The notes: a model not told the origin generated them from the sequence alone. A stretch of 64,000 bases of DNA from a virus (IMGVR_UViG_2681813318_000003), one strand, 5' to 3'. Shown: positions 28,924 to 39,297, counted from the stretch's first letter. Numbers and translations are program-made.

Positions 28924-29861
28924 TACCTTTCGAATGGAAGAACAAACACTTCAAGGTCTTCAAGGAACGAACGGAAATTCAGCTCGTAGCACAGTTGCTC
29001 GAATGCTTTCACGTCACGATTGCCTTTGATTGTTTCGATTTCGGTAGGCGGAAACTTCGTCTCAATCAGGTTCATTAGCGTGATGTTTCTCTTGAACGCT
29101 TCGAGCATTCGACAGCCTGTTTTCTCGTTGAAGGCATTCTTCGCTAGTTTGTTGAAGGCGGTCTTATGGCGTCCTTTGTCAACCACGATTGAGCCGTCGT
29201 TGATGCCGCGTACCATCGTTGCGACACTTCCCCATTCATGCAGCAGCTCTTTCGCACCGCCAGCACCAATGCCACCAACACCGCTAATGTTGTCCGATTT
29301 ATCGCCTTGTAATGCTTTTGCTTCCAAAAATGCGCGAGGAGTAGCGAATCCTGTCAGCTCCGCAAATTGCTCAAAATTAACCTGCTTGTTTTTGGCGTCT
29401 TCGCGCAGGCTTACCCAGCTTACGTTTTCGCGAACTAACTGAAGCCAGTCGCTATCGCCTGTTAACAGATAGATGTGTTCAACGGTTGGCTGCGCTGCCA
29501 TGCGGGATACCAGCAGCCCGGCCAGATCATCCGCTTCTGCATCTTTTGCAATGAGTTGGGTAACTCCAAGCGCGGTCATCATTTTGAGGATGTATGGCTT
29601 CTGGATAGCAAAGCCTTCCTTCATCTTTTTCATATCAGGATCGTCGTCGCGATTTGCTTTGTAGTCCGGGTAAAAGTCGCGACGCTTGTCACTAAATCCA
29701 TCCCAAAGAATCATAGGTCGGGCATGGAGGATGGAGGCATAACGACGGACGTTCTTAACAAAGCCGAAAGCAGCCTGTACTTCCATTTCGCCGTTGTGCA
29801 ATTTGTCAGATTGTTGGTGGTAATAACCCAGGCTATTGCCATCTACGAAGAGATAATTCAC
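28917..29861 (-). CDS. 5'-3' exonuclease / flap endonuclease
   Basis: LFVDGNSLGYY N-terminal motif and GDKSDNISGVGGIGAGGA helix-3-turn-helix; start moved to GTG 29859-29861 (RBS GGAAGG) because a terminator hairpin occupies the track N-terminus. Confidence 0.8.
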   Translation of the reverse strand: MNYLFVDGNSLGYYHQQSDKLHNGEMEVQAAFGFVKNVRRYASILHARPMILWDGFSDKRRDFYPDYKANRDDDPDMKKMKEGFAIQKPYILKMMTALGVTQLIAKDAEADDLAGLLVSRMAAQPTVEHIYLLTGDSDWLQLVRENVSWVSLREDAKNKQVNFEQFAELTGFATPRAFLEAKALQGDKSDNISGVGGIGAGGAKELLHEWGSVATMVRGINDGSIVVDKGRHKTAFNKLAKNAFNEKTGCRMLEAFKRNITLMNLIETKFPPTEIETIKGNRDVKAFEQLCYELNFRSFLEDLEVFVLPFERYC

Positions 29862-29882
29862 CGGTACATTCCTTCCAAAAAG

Positions 29883-29904
29883 TAAGGCGTCCGTAGACGC
29901 CTTA
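29883..29904 (-). terminator. hairpin TAAGGCGTC-CGTA-GACGCCTTA followed by CTTTTTGG
   Basis: Third member of the GGCGTC...GACGCC hairpin family; between the SSB-like gene and the flap endonuclease. Confidence 0.55.
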
Positions 29905-29921
29905 CTGGTCACGTAATGGGA

Positions 29922-30950
29922 TTACAGAGAGTCCAGCTCTCTCAGTAGGTCATCCAGACCTTCATCTTCCGTCGCAGATGCGGTTGCTACAGATGTCGCT
30001 GCGACTGCTTCAGACTCTTTGACTGATACGGCAACGGCAGCGGAACTTGCCTCTGGTTTAAATTCAGTTTCAACGGCACGGAGGATTTCTTCATCAACCA
30101 GACTGGTTGGTTCAGAAGCCGGTGTGTGCGCGGTTGCTACAGCCGTCGCTCCTTCTGTATGACCAGTGACAGAGCCAAATCCAGGTAGTGCCGCAGCCGA
30201 TGTTTTCGCGGTTGAGGAAATTGCTGGTGCAGATGCTGCGGCAGTTGGTGCAGCGATGCCAATCAGACGACCCATAGTGCGAACTGTCGACAGAAGACGA
30301 GTTTCATCAGCCTGATTTGCGTATGCGATCAGATCATGCTGAGTGTTCCAGAATTTATCTTCGATATCGCCTTTGTAGACTTTACGCTTAGGCGAGACGT
30401 CATATTTGGTATCGCGACCAGAGCCAGTACGTTTAATCAGGAATGCGTAGCCTTCCTCTTTGCTCAGTGGATTGCCGATATCATCAGCGATGTCTTCGGT
30501 GATTGCTTTGCAGATATCATCGAATACAGTAGACGGCAGCTCGATTAACTGGCATTTCTCAGCATCTGCGAAATCCTCACGAGCAGAAAGAATGCCGTTG
30601 ACCAGGTAGCGAGGAGTGGCACGCATTTGACCGATGCGTTCTTCCATTGCTTTGTTACCCTTGTGACGAGCGCGACCTTCCATCACCATTTCGCATAGCT
30701 GACAAGCGCGACCGTGAGTATGTTGCTCACAAATATAAGCGTTGGTTGCTTCTTTACCTTCCTCGTTCTGATACTTAACGTAGTGCATACCGAAAGTCTG
30801 GAAGAACTTACCGTTTGGGTCGTCTTTATTCGGGAAGATGCGGATATAGTTGACGCCGTCTTTTAAGCGAGTCAGATCAACGTTGTTACCACGTTTGGCG
30901 GCAATGTCTTCACGAGTTTTGTTAAGCAAATCAAGTAATGTCTTAGACAT
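29922..30950 (-). CDS. putative single-stranded DNA-binding protein
   Basis: Cys/His cluster (CEQHTHGRACQLC), Ala/Ser/Thr-rich linker and acidic tail DEGLDDLLRELDSL; position in the replication module. Confidence 0.5.
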   Translation of the reverse strand: MSKTLLDLLNKTREDIAAKRGNNVDLTRLKDGVNYIRIFPNKDDPNGKFFQTFGMHYVKYQNEEGKEATNAYICEQHTHGRACQLCEMVMEGRARHKGNKAMEERIGQMRATPRYLVNGILSAREDFADAEKCQLIELPSTVFDDICKAITEDIADDIGNPLSKEEGYAFLIKRTGSGRDTKYDVSPKRKVYKGDIEDKFWNTQHDLIAYANQADETRLLSTVRTMGRLIGIAAPTAAASAPAISSTAKTSAAALPGFGSVTGHTEGATAVATAHTPASEPTSLVDEEILRAVETEFKPEASSAAVAVSVKESEAVAATSVATASATEDEGLDDLLRELDSL

Positions 30951-31067
30951 GTGTTTCTCCTTGTTGTGATTTGGCCGATGGCGCTATGCGCGTTGGGCTT
31001 TCGTTCATTCGTGGCTCTTTCGAGCTGTTAAATGATAGATCAGTACTTACTTATTATCTATCAAAAA

Positions 31068-31523
31068 TCAACGGGGAGTAATAAAGCGTTCAGAGCCTAA
31101 TCGCTCTAATTCAACGATGGCCATCTTTGACGCCTGAACGATCATGTCTCGGCGATGCGAAAAGGCGGCGACAGCATGTTTGTATATGTCTGCGATGTGC
31201 CGTGCTTCATCCAACTTCTGCCGTTTAGACAGATACTGTGGGTTTGTTTTAACCTTAGCGTCCAGTACAGATTCGTTGAACTTAATGCCGTTCATACTCA
31301 AGTTCTTACGCTCTGTGTCGTATAGCTTTGCTTCAACAGCTTCAAGGTTAAGTTTTGCTTCTGCGACACTTCTTTCTGCATGGGCGAGTTTTGAGCCATA
31401 TTCCATCAACAGGCGGGGTTGTCTACGCCAGACTTCTTCCAGATTGTCTCGGTCAAACTCGAGATCAGACATTATTTTCTCGTAAATATCGGCGATCATG
31501 CACATTTCCTTATCACTTATCAT
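31068..31523 (-). CDS. hypothetical protein
   Basis: 151-aa helical protein between the polymerase and the SSB-like gene. Confidence 0.5.
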   Translation of the reverse strand: MISDKEMCMIADIYEKIMSDLEFDRDNLEEVWRRQPRLLMEYGSKLAHAERSVAEAKLNLEAVEAKLYDTERKNLSMNGIKFNESVLDAKVKTNPQYLSKRQKLDEARHIADIYKHAVAAFSHRRDMIVQASKMAIVELERLGSERFITPR

Positions 31524-31626
31524 TTTGTATTGATTATATCATTGTAATGATGAGGCAATGAGCTTGAAGATAGGGGGGGGTGAGGGGATAAGGGAAAACA
31601 TGGCCTTTATGGCCATGTTTATTGGA

Positions 31627-34600
31627 TCACGTCTTAATAGTTTCTGCTACGTCGGCTAATATCGCTTCTAGTCGTTCTCCCTCTTCAGGTCTGAAGTAAA
31701 GAATGTTGGGGTTAAACCCGTAAAAGACAGTAACGTCAAGGTCTGGAAGATACTCCTTCCTGCCGACCAAATCGGATGGCTTGTTTTTGTTGTTAAACAA
31801 TGCCGTTGCCCGGCTGCCACACGTCAGCACATAGGTCGGACGCACCAGATTGATCTCTTCACGTATAAAGTCGGTGAACTGGCCGATCTCGTCTTTGGTG
31901 TAGTCTTTTTCTTTGTCTTTAACCTTCTTGCAAACGCCTGTGACATAGAGATCGCCCATTCGTAAATCTCCAGCCGTCAATAGCTTGGCCTTAAAGTCGT
32001 CGTATCCGTTCTCCATAAAGTAACCGGTTCGAGCATCATTGCCGTTCGCATTGTCCAGAATGATCATGATTTTCGGCTTAATACCAATGCTGGGGCGGAT
32101 TAGTTCATCACCTAAGCCCATTTCAGCCGCCATCCGCGTCATGAGTACGTTAATTTCAGCCGAACGTTTGGGGTTCATCTCAAACGGACGTGAGGCTTTA
32201 ACTGCGTCTATGACAAGATTTCCCATCAATTCAGCCTGGTCGCGTAGGCGCTCTGGAGCAGTTGCTGGCAGACTACCTGGCTCGATGGATGCAAACGCCC
32301 CTACTTTTTGCAGCGATTCGCGCACTCGACTATTACAGGCACGTTTCTCGACAGCTTCTTCGAATTGCGCCAGTGACTCGAATTTGCCGCCAACTTTTTC
32401 TCGCGCTCTCATGATGGCTTGGCAGCCATTCTCAGAACACCCCTTCACAGCAGAGAATGGCGCATACAGCACCTGGCTGCCATCTTCAAGCGTGCGGATC
32501 TCGATTCGGTTAGATGACACGTTAACGTCTGGTGGCAATACGCGAATGCCATAGGTCAGCGCATCTTTAACCAGCCCCTGGTGTTTATCTTCGCCAAGAA
32601 TAGTGAGAGCAGCAGCGAAAAACTCTGCGGGATAATGAGTTTTCAACCACATAGATTGATAACTGATTAAGGAGTAAGCAACAGAGTGTGATTTGTTGAA
32701 CTGGTAGGCACCATTTTTTTCGAATGCGGTCCAGATCTCCTTCGCTTTCATCTCTGATAGCCCTGGATGTGACGCTGTAACGCGTACTGCGTTTATAGGT
32801 AGTTTTGCGCCGTGCTCAAGTGCCTCTTCGACAGTTTTCAGAGTTCCGTCTTCGCATTTAAAATGTTCCGCACGGTGAATGCGCTGTGTAGTGCCATCTT
32901 CCAGCTCAACGTCTATCCAGCCAGCTTGAGCCTGAACGATGAACTTCTCGCCCATGCTCTTCATTTTTTCCATGTTCTTCTTACCGATTGCGGAACGCAC
33001 AGCGTCAGCTTCAGCCATTGTGAAGCCGGCAAGCAATCGAGTCGCGTTCATCGTCTGTTCCTGATAGAGAATCACGCCATTTGTTTCCGCGGTAAGTTCA
33101 TCAAGAACGGGGTGTAATGATTCCGGCGTCATAAAGCCTTTGGCGACAGAAACATAGTCATCCAACATGCCTGATTGAATTGGCCCTGGCCGGAAGAGCG
33201 CAGTCGTAGCGACGACCGTTTTAAAGCTCATTGGCTCAATTCCACCACCTAAATCTTTAAGCAGCTTGCGCATTGGGCCTGATTCAAGCTGGAAAACACC
33301 TTGAGTATACCCAGCAGCAAAACCATCCAGCACCTTGCGATCTTCAAGAGAAATGGCATCAAGATTGATATCTTCACCTGTGTTCTCTTTTATGTAGCGT
33401 TTTGCACTATCGAGCAAATCGAGAGTTGCCAGGCCAAGCACGTCCAGCTTAATTAGGCCCATAGCCTCGCAGTAACGCTTGTCAAATGCGATACAACGCG
33501 CGTCACCACGGCGCTCAACCGGTGTACGTTCTGTCAGAGGAACACCTGCTACGATCATCCCTGCCGCATGTCTACCAAAGCCACGCATAAGGCTTTGTAA
33601 CTTGCAGGCTGCATTGAATGCATCAGGATATTTTGTTGCGTATTTGTCGAGACTTGCCAGTTGTTCGCGCAGCTCTTCCAATGGAAGGCTATCATCCTCG
33701 ACGTTCTTCAGTTCTTTTGATACCGCCATATCTGCGGACTCCACACCATAAATACGAGCGGTATCACGTAGTGCAGAGGCTGCGCCCAGGTAGGTGAAGT
33801 TCGGAATGCCTGCAACGTAATCTTCGCCGTAGCGTTCATTCAGATACTCGATCACTTCATGGCGACGTGCCTGGCTGAAGTCCAAATCCGCATCCGGCAA
33901 GTCGAGACGCTCAGGGTTGATGAAACGTTCAAACAGAAGACCGTGACGGATTGGGTCGACGTTGGTTATGCCTATGCACCATGCCACCAGAGATCCAGCG
34001 GAGGAACCACGACCAGGCCCGACAGGAATGCCAGTTTCACGGCTGTGATTCATCAGATCGCGTACCATCAGGAAGTAACCACAAAATCCCAGGCGAGTCA
34101 GCGTGTCCATTTCGTACTTTAGCCGCTCAACATAAACCCTGTTCTCAGAAGCAGGTGGTGTGTAGCCAAACTCTTTTGTGGTAAGACGTTTACGCAGCCC
34201 TGCAACAGCCAGTTTCATAAGCGTTGCAGGCTCGTCGTCTGCCATCTTTGGCAGTGCTGGCGGCAATTCATGCCAGCGCCATGTGCAGGCATCGATAATG
34301 GTATCCTGCGTTGTTGAGGCCATTGCAGCTGTTACCGGCACATCCATGCGAACGGAGAAGGCTTTAAGCGCCTCAAGGAGATGGCGGCGACCATTGACGG
34401 CGTTATCTCGCTGGTGGGGGATACGCAGACGATGCGGCTGGTCGATTTTGATGTTGTTCGTAACCATGTGCGCAATGTCTTTAATGTCTGCATCGTCGAT
34501 CGATTCGTAATAAGCGGGATAGAACGCCACTGGCTCTATTTTCAATGCGCTGGCGACTTTCATCGCCCGGACGTTAATCTGGTCGTAGAATGGGGTAGGG

Positions 34601-35145
34601 TGCGGATAAACCACACTATAGAAGTTGTCTTTTCCACCCGCTGTAATCAGTGTGCTTATGATTTTTGCAAAATCGTTGCGTTGGAACACGCTACCGATGT
34701 CGGAAGTAAGCAGGATGATGTTGCCTTTGGCATATGTAGAAACCAACTGTTCGAGCGAGAGACGCGGTACAAAGTAGAACTGTTCTCGTGTGTTGGCCGC
34801 CGTCATTAGTTCGCAGATGTCGCGATATCCTTTCTCATTTTTAATTAGAGCGGTAAACGAGTAGTTACGTCCTCGCTCTAATGATTCCATACATCCCTTA
34901 GATTCTTTAGCAAGTTTAGCCCGGTGCTCGTATGTGGGATCATCAACGATATTTAGTTTCACACCACAAATAACCGCCATGTCGTCACCAGCGGCACGTT
35001 GTAGTGGAATAACACTCGCAATATTCATGCTATCTGCTGAAATTACAGCGGTGTAGCCAGCTTCTCTGGCAATCTTCACCGCGTTTTCTGCTTTTAAAGC
35101 CGACTCCCCAAGTGAGAAGTCAGTTCGAACCATCAGTGCCTTCAT
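31627..35145 (-). CDS. dnaE: DNA polymerase III alpha subunit-like (DnaE family)
   Basis: 1172 aa with the DnaE signature GFCGYFLMV...GPGRGSSAGSLVAWCIGIT...LLFERFINPER. Confidence 0.9.
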   Translation of the reverse strand: MKALMVRTDFSLGESALKAENAVKIAREAGYTAVISADSMNIASVIPLQRAAGDDMAVICGVKLNIVDDPTYEHRAKLAKESKGCMESLERGRNYSFTALIKNEKGYRDICELMTAANTREQFYFVPRLSLEQLVSTYAKGNIILLTSDIGSVFQRNDFAKIISTLITAGGKDNFYSVVYPHPTPFYDQINVRAMKVASALKIEPVAFYPAYYESIDDADIKDIAHMVTNNIKIDQPHRLRIPHQRDNAVNGRRHLLEALKAFSVRMDVPVTAAMASTTQDTIIDACTWRWHELPPALPKMADDEPATLMKLAVAGLRKRLTTKEFGYTPPASENRVYVERLKYEMDTLTRLGFCGYFLMVRDLMNHSRETGIPVGPGRGSSAGSLVAWCIGITNVDPIRHGLLFERFINPERLDLPDADLDFSQARRHEVIEYLNERYGEDYVAGIPNFTYLGAASALRDTARIYGVESADMAVSKELKNVEDDSLPLEELREQLASLDKYATKYPDAFNAACKLQSLMRGFGRHAAGMIVAGVPLTERTPVERRGDARCIAFDKRYCEAMGLIKLDVLGLATLDLLDSAKRYIKENTGEDINLDAISLEDRKVLDGFAAGYTQGVFQLESGPMRKLLKDLGGGIEPMSFKTVVATTALFRPGPIQSGMLDDYVSVAKGFMTPESLHPVLDELTAETNGVILYQEQTMNATRLLAGFTMAEADAVRSAIGKKNMEKMKSMGEKFIVQAQAGWIDVELEDGTTQRIHRAEHFKCEDGTLKTVEEALEHGAKLPINAVRVTASHPGLSEMKAKEIWTAFEKNGAYQFNKSHSVAYSLISYQSMWLKTHYPAEFFAAALTILGEDKHQGLVKDALTYGIRVLPPDVNVSSNRIEIRTLEDGSQVLYAPFSAVKGCSENGCQAIMRAREKVGGKFESLAQFEEAVEKRACNSRVRESLQKVGAFASIEPGSLPATAPERLRDQAELMGNLVIDAVKASRPFEMNPKRSAEINVLMTRMAAEMGLGDELIRPSIGIKPKIMIILDNANGNDARTGYFMENGYDDFKAKLLTAGDLRMGDLYVTGVCKKVKDKEKDYTKDEIGQFTDFIREEINLVRPTYVLTCGSRATALFNNKNKPSDLVGRKEYLPDLDVTVFYGFNPNILYFRPEEGERLEAILADVAETIKT

Positions 35146-35330
35146 GTGTTTTTACCTTTCTGGTTTTTTTTGATTTTGTCATTTGGGAAGCCTACGAACT
35201 TCCCATGCATCGAAATCGCAACTTCTTTTGCTGATTGGTGACAATCAGGCTTGTCTGGACACACCAGACAAGCCTTACCAGTTTCAGAAGCAGCGATAAG
35301 AGAGCCGAAACATCCTTTACGCACGATCAA
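35142..35330 (-). CDS. small Cys-rich protein
   Basis: 62 aa with C..C and CP..PDC; translationally coupled between the CobS-like gene and dnaE. Confidence 0.35.
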   Translation of the reverse strand: MIVRKGCFGSLIAASETGKACLVCPDKPDCHQSAKEVAISMHGKFVGFPNDKIKKNQKGKNT

Positions 35331-36562
35331 CCAAATATTTTTTGAACAACTTCACGAGCCGCTTGTGCAGAAGCTGAAGGGAGTTTGTTAATGAAAGAAC
35401 GCTCAATACCTGTCACAAAGTCGCCTCGCATCATTCCAATCTTGGCCGACAACAAAAGTTCACGAGGGCCAATTGGCTGACTGATAAGGTGTTCTTCGTA
35501 TCCATCGCGAACGATACCGGCAAACTTAACCATCTTTTCTGCGTATTCATCCACGATACCGGCATTTATCAACATGTTGATCTCTGCCTCTTTGCTCATG
35601 TATTTCACATTCGAAACGATGCCAAAACGCGAAAAGTTCGCGGCGTTCTGGATGTTTGTACCCTGGTACAAGCCGGTTTCATCACCAGATCCGTTCGTGT
35701 TGCCAGTGCCAATGAAAGCAAACCGTTCATGCGGAGTAATGCGACGCCATTCTGGAGTTGCCTCTTTGATGACCAACGCTTCACCTTCCAGCACTGGCTG
35801 ATACACGCCAAGAATTTGTGGAAACGCAAAGTCGTATTCATCCGCGAGGTAAACCCAGCCATGCTTCATTGCGAGCGCAAGCAAGCCAGGTTCGAAATAC
35901 GTAGAGCCATCACGCGCCAGAATTTGCCCCGTAACATGTGCCTCTTCCATTGATGCTGTATGTTGGGCACGGATCAACGGACGATTGAGCAAAGCACATA
36001 GCTGTGTAGGCAATGACGATTTGCCTGTTCCTGCATGACCCCACAAATAGCCAGGTATGCCAAGTTCAAGCATCATGAAAATATCTTTGATCAGTTCGAA
36101 GTCGCCATATACGTAGCCTTTCTTCACTTCGGGAACGAACTCTGGATACGGCGTATTGACGTTGACGCTAACCATGAGCGGCGTCCCACGTTTTGTTCCG
36201 AGTTCTTCCACCGTTACGTTTAGCAGTTCGTGAGCTGCGACCAGATCTGTCTTGTACTCAACTGTGCCTGTGTAGCCAGGGCTACTGGTCAAGCCAGAAG
36301 ATTTGGCCATTTCGCTTTTTTGCTCGGCACGTTTAGCTTGAATTGCATCAAGTGCCTTTTTCGATAGCGTTGGTTCATCTGGAAACTGCGTTGTGTACAT
36401 TTTCAGTACGGTGTCAGGATCGGCATCTTTTACTGACTCAGGAATGCCCTCGCAATTACCATTGGCTACATGGGACTTAAAATAGTGAAATGATTTGCCG
36501 CACCACTTGCAAACAAGGTAATCAGAAGGATTTTTTTCATTTTGCAGTGCAGTAGTCGTCAT
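35327..36562 (-). CDS. CobS/MoxR-like AAA+ ATPase with N-terminal zinc ribbon
   Basis: CKWCGK...C N-terminus, Walker A GHAGTGKSS, Walker B VYLADEYD. Confidence 0.75.
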   Translation of the reverse strand: MTTTALQNEKNPSDYLVCKWCGKSFHYFKSHVANGNCEGIPESVKDADPDTVLKMYTTQFPDEPTLSKKALDAIQAKRAEQKSEMAKSSGLTSSPGYTGTVEYKTDLVAAHELLNVTVEELGTKRGTPLMVSVNVNTPYPEFVPEVKKGYVYGDFELIKDIFMMLELGIPGYLWGHAGTGKSSLPTQLCALLNRPLIRAQHTASMEEAHVTGQILARDGSTYFEPGLLALAMKHGWVYLADEYDFAFPQILGVYQPVLEGEALVIKEATPEWRRITPHERFAFIGTGNTNGSGDETGLYQGTNIQNAANFSRFGIVSNVKYMSKEAEINMLINAGIVDEYAEKMVKFAGIVRDGYEEHLISQPIGPRELLLSAKIGMMRGDFVTGIERSFINKLPSASAQAAREVVQKIFG

Positions 36563-36657
36563 GCGTTTTTCCTTTGTTCTCTAATGAGCGTTCAACTTCT
36601 TATATAAATATATCATCATCTATCGTAAGTGGTTACTTATCGTTAAGGCTGTTTTGT

Positions 36658-38766
36658 TCACTTTAAAATGATACGAGATAGTTCAGTAACTACAGATGAA
36701 CCAAGACTATCAACGCTCGTTACCAGGGCATGATTTGAGTAAAATCTCTCCGGTGCGTCAGTCATGATGCCAATTGCCATCAAATCAATATCAGTCTGCG
36801 TTTCAATTTGCTTCGCAACTGAACGCAAATGAGCGTCAAAACCTCTCCCAACAGCCCACGGCGCGCCATCACTCAGAACAAGCATGATCTTCCTGTCCTC
36901 CAAGCGACCGGAAAATAACGATGCAAGGCTGGCTATGCTTTCACCATCCACGTTATTAAGAAGTGGGAATGTGTAGCCTACGCACCCCATACGTGAGCGA
37001 ACTTCGCGAGAATTTACCTTTTCATTCCAATTTTTGATGATAGGTAGCATTAAAGATTCAAAGCGAGAGAACTCATACTTGACAGCCTTAAGTTCTCCTG
37101 CCGCCATATGACTACCAAATGTAGTGAAGCCGGTGATAATGTTGGGAACATTTATTCGATCAAGGGCATCTGCGATGGTATATGCACTTGCAAGAGCCAA
37201 TTGTATCGTTATACCACTCATTGAACCTGATAAATCAATCACTTGTTGAACACAGGCGTTAACGGCTTTAGATTCTTCTTTTTTACGAAACACGCGATCA
37301 TCATTCATTGCTAATCTGTAGATACTAGAACCATGAATGCGCCCCCGACGCTGGCCCGGTATAAACTGAACTCTGTTTCTGCTTGCTATTGCTCGCTCCA
37401 GGTCTTTTGCCAGCGTCGACGAAACACCTGACGAAAGATGCTTTTCAATATATTTGTCGAAGAGCTGGTTGCCTTCAGGAACGATGCGATAGCGGCTGAT
37501 TGGATATCCTCCTAAATCAATATCGGAGAATGTTTTAATAAGCCGTTTGATATGGGCTTCTGCCTGATCAATCGAGCCGATGAAGTCGTATGAGCGATTG
37601 TATGGCCTGTATTCGCTTTTCGAGCTTTCTGTTAACTCGCTTTTAATCGTTTCGGATAGAGCATCTTCTGTCATGCCTCCGACTTCATCTTCTATGCTAT
37701 CCAGCTCCTCTAAAGCCTCTTCCAGACTCATTTTTGACGGAGTTGGAATATCTGAAGAGCCGTCTTCTGTCGTTTTTCTTTTTTCGTGGTCAGCGATAAA
37801 TGATTCTGACACCGCGTTATCAGAAGCATCAGAATCTGATACCTCTTTATCATTTTCTGTATCATCGAATATTGTTTCTGATGATTCAGAATTATCTGAA
37901 TCATCACTGTCGTTATTATCATGTTTGTGCTTACTGTGTGATTCTGATTTGATAGATTTGTGATTATCTAACGCTGAGGGTGTCTCATGATCTTCGTTGT
38001 CTTCATTGTTTTCTCCAGAGGCATCCGTCTGGTCAGCGTCTGAAGGATCGGAAGTTTTTCCCGGAGCTGACTCCTTACCTTTGCTTTCACTTTCAGTGTC
38101 TTTGAGGATCTTAGCTATGGTCGCAGCCACCTTTACACAATCCTCGGTGCAAGACATGTTACGCACGGCCACATCGATACCATGTTCTTTTAATAATGAA
38201 ATTGGTTTCTCAATGACAGGCCAATATTCATCCATGAAATCTACGAACGGTGCTTGGCCATCCCAGGCTCTTACAACCGGACAGAGAAAGAAGTTTAGAA
38301 AAAGCGCGCGCTGATCTTTGCCACAATAAGCAATAGCCTCTGAAGCCTTTGGTTTAAAGACTTTTTCGATTATAAGGCGCTGAGTTGCCATCAGATTACG
38401 TCTTGTTCCGTTAAAGACCTGACCCATTTTTCGCTCGATGAACACGTCTTCTAAGGCATTCCATAGCGACCAGGAAGGAACGCGTCCTTTTTCTCTCATT
38501 TTGTTGGACACACGAATATCGGTAAACAAAATGTGAGCAACCTCATGATCGAGAAATCCGCGCACAGCATTCATCAATGCCGGTGTTGCGTTATCCGGGA
38601 TTGATGGGATGTTTACGAGAATTGGCTCTCCATCATCGTTATAGCGTACATAAGCGTCGTCCCCTCGTTCTGCAACAGGGATGTTTTTACCTGAAAGGAG
38701 AGCGACTACTCGTTTTACACTGTCACGGAAGTCCTGAACCTCTTTGATAGAACGTTTTTTAGACAT
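36658..38766 (-). CDS. von Willebrand factor A domain protein (CobT-like)
   Basis: C-terminal VWA with MIDAS DLSGSMSG; long Asp/Ser/Glu-rich central linker; immediately upstream of the CobS-like gene. Confidence 0.75.
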   Translation of the reverse strand: MSKKRSIKEVQDFRDSVKRVVALLSGKNIPVAERGDDAYVRYNDDGEPILVNIPSIPDNATPALMNAVRGFLDHEVAHILFTDIRVSNKMREKGRVPSWSLWNALEDVFIERKMGQVFNGTRRNLMATQRLIIEKVFKPKASEAIAYCGKDQRALFLNFFLCPVVRAWDGQAPFVDFMDEYWPVIEKPISLLKEHGIDVAVRNMSCTEDCVKVAATIAKILKDTESESKGKESAPGKTSDPSDADQTDASGENNEDNEDHETPSALDNHKSIKSESHSKHKHDNNDSDDSDNSESSETIFDDTENDKEVSDSDASDNAVSESFIADHEKRKTTEDGSSDIPTPSKMSLEEALEELDSIEDEVGGMTEDALSETIKSELTESSKSEYRPYNRSYDFIGSIDQAEAHIKRLIKTFSDIDLGGYPISRYRIVPEGNQLFDKYIEKHLSSGVSSTLAKDLERAIASRNRVQFIPGQRRGRIHGSSIYRLAMNDDRVFRKKEESKAVNACVQQVIDLSGSMSGITIQLALASAYTIADALDRINVPNIITGFTTFGSHMAAGELKAVKYEFSRFESLMLPIIKNWNEKVNSREVRSRMGCVGYTFPLLNNVDGESIASLASLFSGRLEDRKIMLVLSDGAPWAVGRGFDAHLRSVAKQIETQTDIDLMAIGIMTDAPERFYSNHALVTSVDSLGSSVVTELSRIILK

Positions 38767-38864
38767 GGCTAATCCTTTGTTATGAAAACAAATTATTTAC
38801 TAGTGTGTTTAATGTAGCACTGCGCGAACAGGGAACTAAGCCATTCGCGCAGGGAGAAGAGGGG

Positions 38865-39077
38865 TTAACAGATTCTGACGGCTAAAGACCCGGAGCCGGT
38901 ATTGAGAAGCGTGAAGCGTTTGTTGTTAAGTTCGAATATAAAGCCAGTTGTGTCATTCACACCAACCTGAATCTGCTCATTCGGTAGATCGGTGAGGATG
39001 TCAGCTACACACTCATCAGCTAATTTCTGTACGTGTCCGATCTCAAGAGCGATTAGGCTGGAAATAGTGGTGTTCAT
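38865..39077 (-). CDS. hypothetical protein
   Basis: 70-aa ORF, divergent from the HTH gene. Confidence 0.4.
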   Translation of the reverse strand: MNTTISSLIALEIGHVQKLADECVADILTDLPNEQIQVGVNDTTGFIFELNNKRFTLLNTGSGSLAVRIC

Positions 39078-39283
39078 TCAATCAATCCATTCTAACTTAT
39101 ACTATGGTAAGGAATACTACTAAAATTTGTATCAATACTGAATACATTCATATCATATGCAAGTTAATTTTCTTACCTATTTTGGGCTAGTTTTTCTCCG
39201 TGCAATGGCCTTTAACCGGTCTTTTAAGTGCCTATCGAAAAAAATGATAATAGCTTTACAACCCTAACCTTTGATGTAATATC

Positions 39284-39297
39284 GGTAAGCACTTACC
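39284..39297. promoter_or_regulatory. perfect palindrome GGTAAGCACTTACC (candidate operator)
   Basis: 32 nt upstream of the HTH regulator ATG; same family recurs at more than 12 gene junctions. Confidence 0.5.

Noticed and set aside
32039-38314. Plus-strand track ORFs inside dnaE, the CobS-like gene and the VWA gene (for example 32039..32554, 35489..35953, 37580..37963)
   Set aside because: Antisense to long, motif-supported genes; the Ser-rich 37580..37963 ORF mirrors the low-complexity linker on the other strand.
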